A stretch of 20,789 nt of DNA from contig CAVFGF010000020.1 of NCBI GenBank assembly GCA_963621925.1, forward strand, positions 1 to 20,789, in the 5' to 3' direction. The position numbers and the translations under genes are program-made. The notes under the pieces are model-generated. The model made no database searches. It saw only the letters and a program-made list of their open reading frames with translations, and had not been told where the DNA came from. Positions 20,409-20,789 of the stretch are shown here, one piece after another; position 1 is the stretch's first letter, and the number at the start of each line of letters is the position of its first letter. This DNA is from Alistipes onderdonkii (lineage in GTDB: Bacteria; Bacillota; Clostridia; Lachnospirales; Lachnospiraceae).

Positions 20409-20626
20409 CTTCTATCCTCTCTTTTCTTTAGCTCATGCACATATAAAAGAAGCGTAACACGGTCAAAAACTTTTGTCAAATCTGCTGTTCTTTCTTTTTT
20501 CTCTTACCTTTATTTTTTTAGGTTTCCGGTTTTTTGGTTTTTTCCATTATTTTGCTATTTTATACTTTTTTTGTTCTTTTATAAGAATTTTTTCACAAAA
20601 ATGTGCCTGCCAACGACATTTTTCTA

Positions 20627-20655
20627 TTGGAATCTCTTATCTTTTTTGCTATAAT
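20627..20655 (+). promoter_or_regulatory. Candidate abrB promoter
   Basis: TTGGAA (20627..20632), 17-nt spacer, TATAAT (20650..20655), about 40 nt upstream of the ATG. Confidence 0.6.
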
Positions 20656-20696
20656 ATTCAAATCGAGCATTACCATTAAATTAAGGAGGAGAAGCA

Positions 20697-20789
20697 ATGA
20701 AGAACACCGGAGTGGTCAGAAGACTGGATGAACTCGGACGTATCACGCTTCCAATGGAATTACGTAAAGTATTCGGAATTGAAGAACGC
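20697..20789 (+). CDS. abrB: AbrB/SpoVT-family transition-state regulator, 5' partial (first 31 codons, runs off the window)
   Basis: MKNTGVVRRLDELGRITLPMELRKVFGIEER matches the swapped-hairpin AbrB N-domain (MKSTGIVRKVDELGRVVIPIELRR in B. subtilis). AAGGAGG lies 7 nt upstream. It is divergent from metG, as in B. subtilis. Confidence 0.85.
   Translation, partial: MKNTGVVRRLDELGRITLPMELRKVFGIEER

Noticed and set aside
20600-20620. A Spo0A-box-like sequence (TGTCGTT on the minus strand at about 20608..20614) near the abrB promoter.
   Set aside because: It matches TGTCGAA at only 5/7 positions. It is a single copy located upstream of the -35, rather than downstream of the start site as in B. 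subtilis abrB. That is not enough to call.
20409-20696. A T-box riboswitch leader upstream of metG, as is common for Firmicute aminoacyl-tRNA synthetase genes.
   Set aside because: I found no T-box consensus (…GGGTGGTACCGCG…), no specifier-loop architecture and no terminator/antiterminator pair on the minus strand. The region is A/T-rich and unstructured.

Overview
The window looks like a Firmicutes/Clostridia-type chromosome, judged from AGGAGG-type ribosome-binding sites, the abrB-metG-tatD-ksgA backbone and a large Bacillus-type SRP RNA. Almost all genes are on the minus strand.

Gene order from right to left:
- abrB (5' partial, + strand), divergent from metG.
- The metG intrinsic terminator.
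- A 176-bp non-coding element with terminal inverted repeats and an 8-bp direct duplication (MITE-like).
- A tightly packed, translationally coupled 10-11 gene Gram-positive Tad/Flp (type IVc) pilus operon: small membrane peptide?, CpaE/TadZ-like, CpaF, TadB-like, TadC-like, Flp pilin, a 464-aa membrane protein, a TadE-like protein with a Cys/His-rich tail, the prepilin peptidase, a second TadE-like protein, and an FHA-domain protein.
- An orphan 55-61 aa gene.
- A convergent marR plus OYE-family flavin/FeS ene-reductase pair (+ strand).
- Housekeeping tatD, rsmA(ksgA), tadA and the SRP RNA.
- A csoR-copA copper operon.
- A small TSCPD-family gene.

Most noteworthy observations:
1. The MITE-like element at 18068..18243 has a second, inverted, window-truncated copy at 1..55.
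2. The ~12-kb block marR-reductase + Tad operon + MITE separates metG from tatD, which are adjacent in the B. subtilis reference order.
3. The Tad operon carries non-canonical accessory genes: an FHA fusion protein, a pseudopilin with two tandem H-C...C-x2-C modules, a TadC with a ~190-aa extracytoplasmic insert, and a 464-aa pilin-like membrane protein.

I saw no CRISPR array, tRNA, rRNA or transposase gene. All functional calls rest on motif recognition by eye, and no database search was run.
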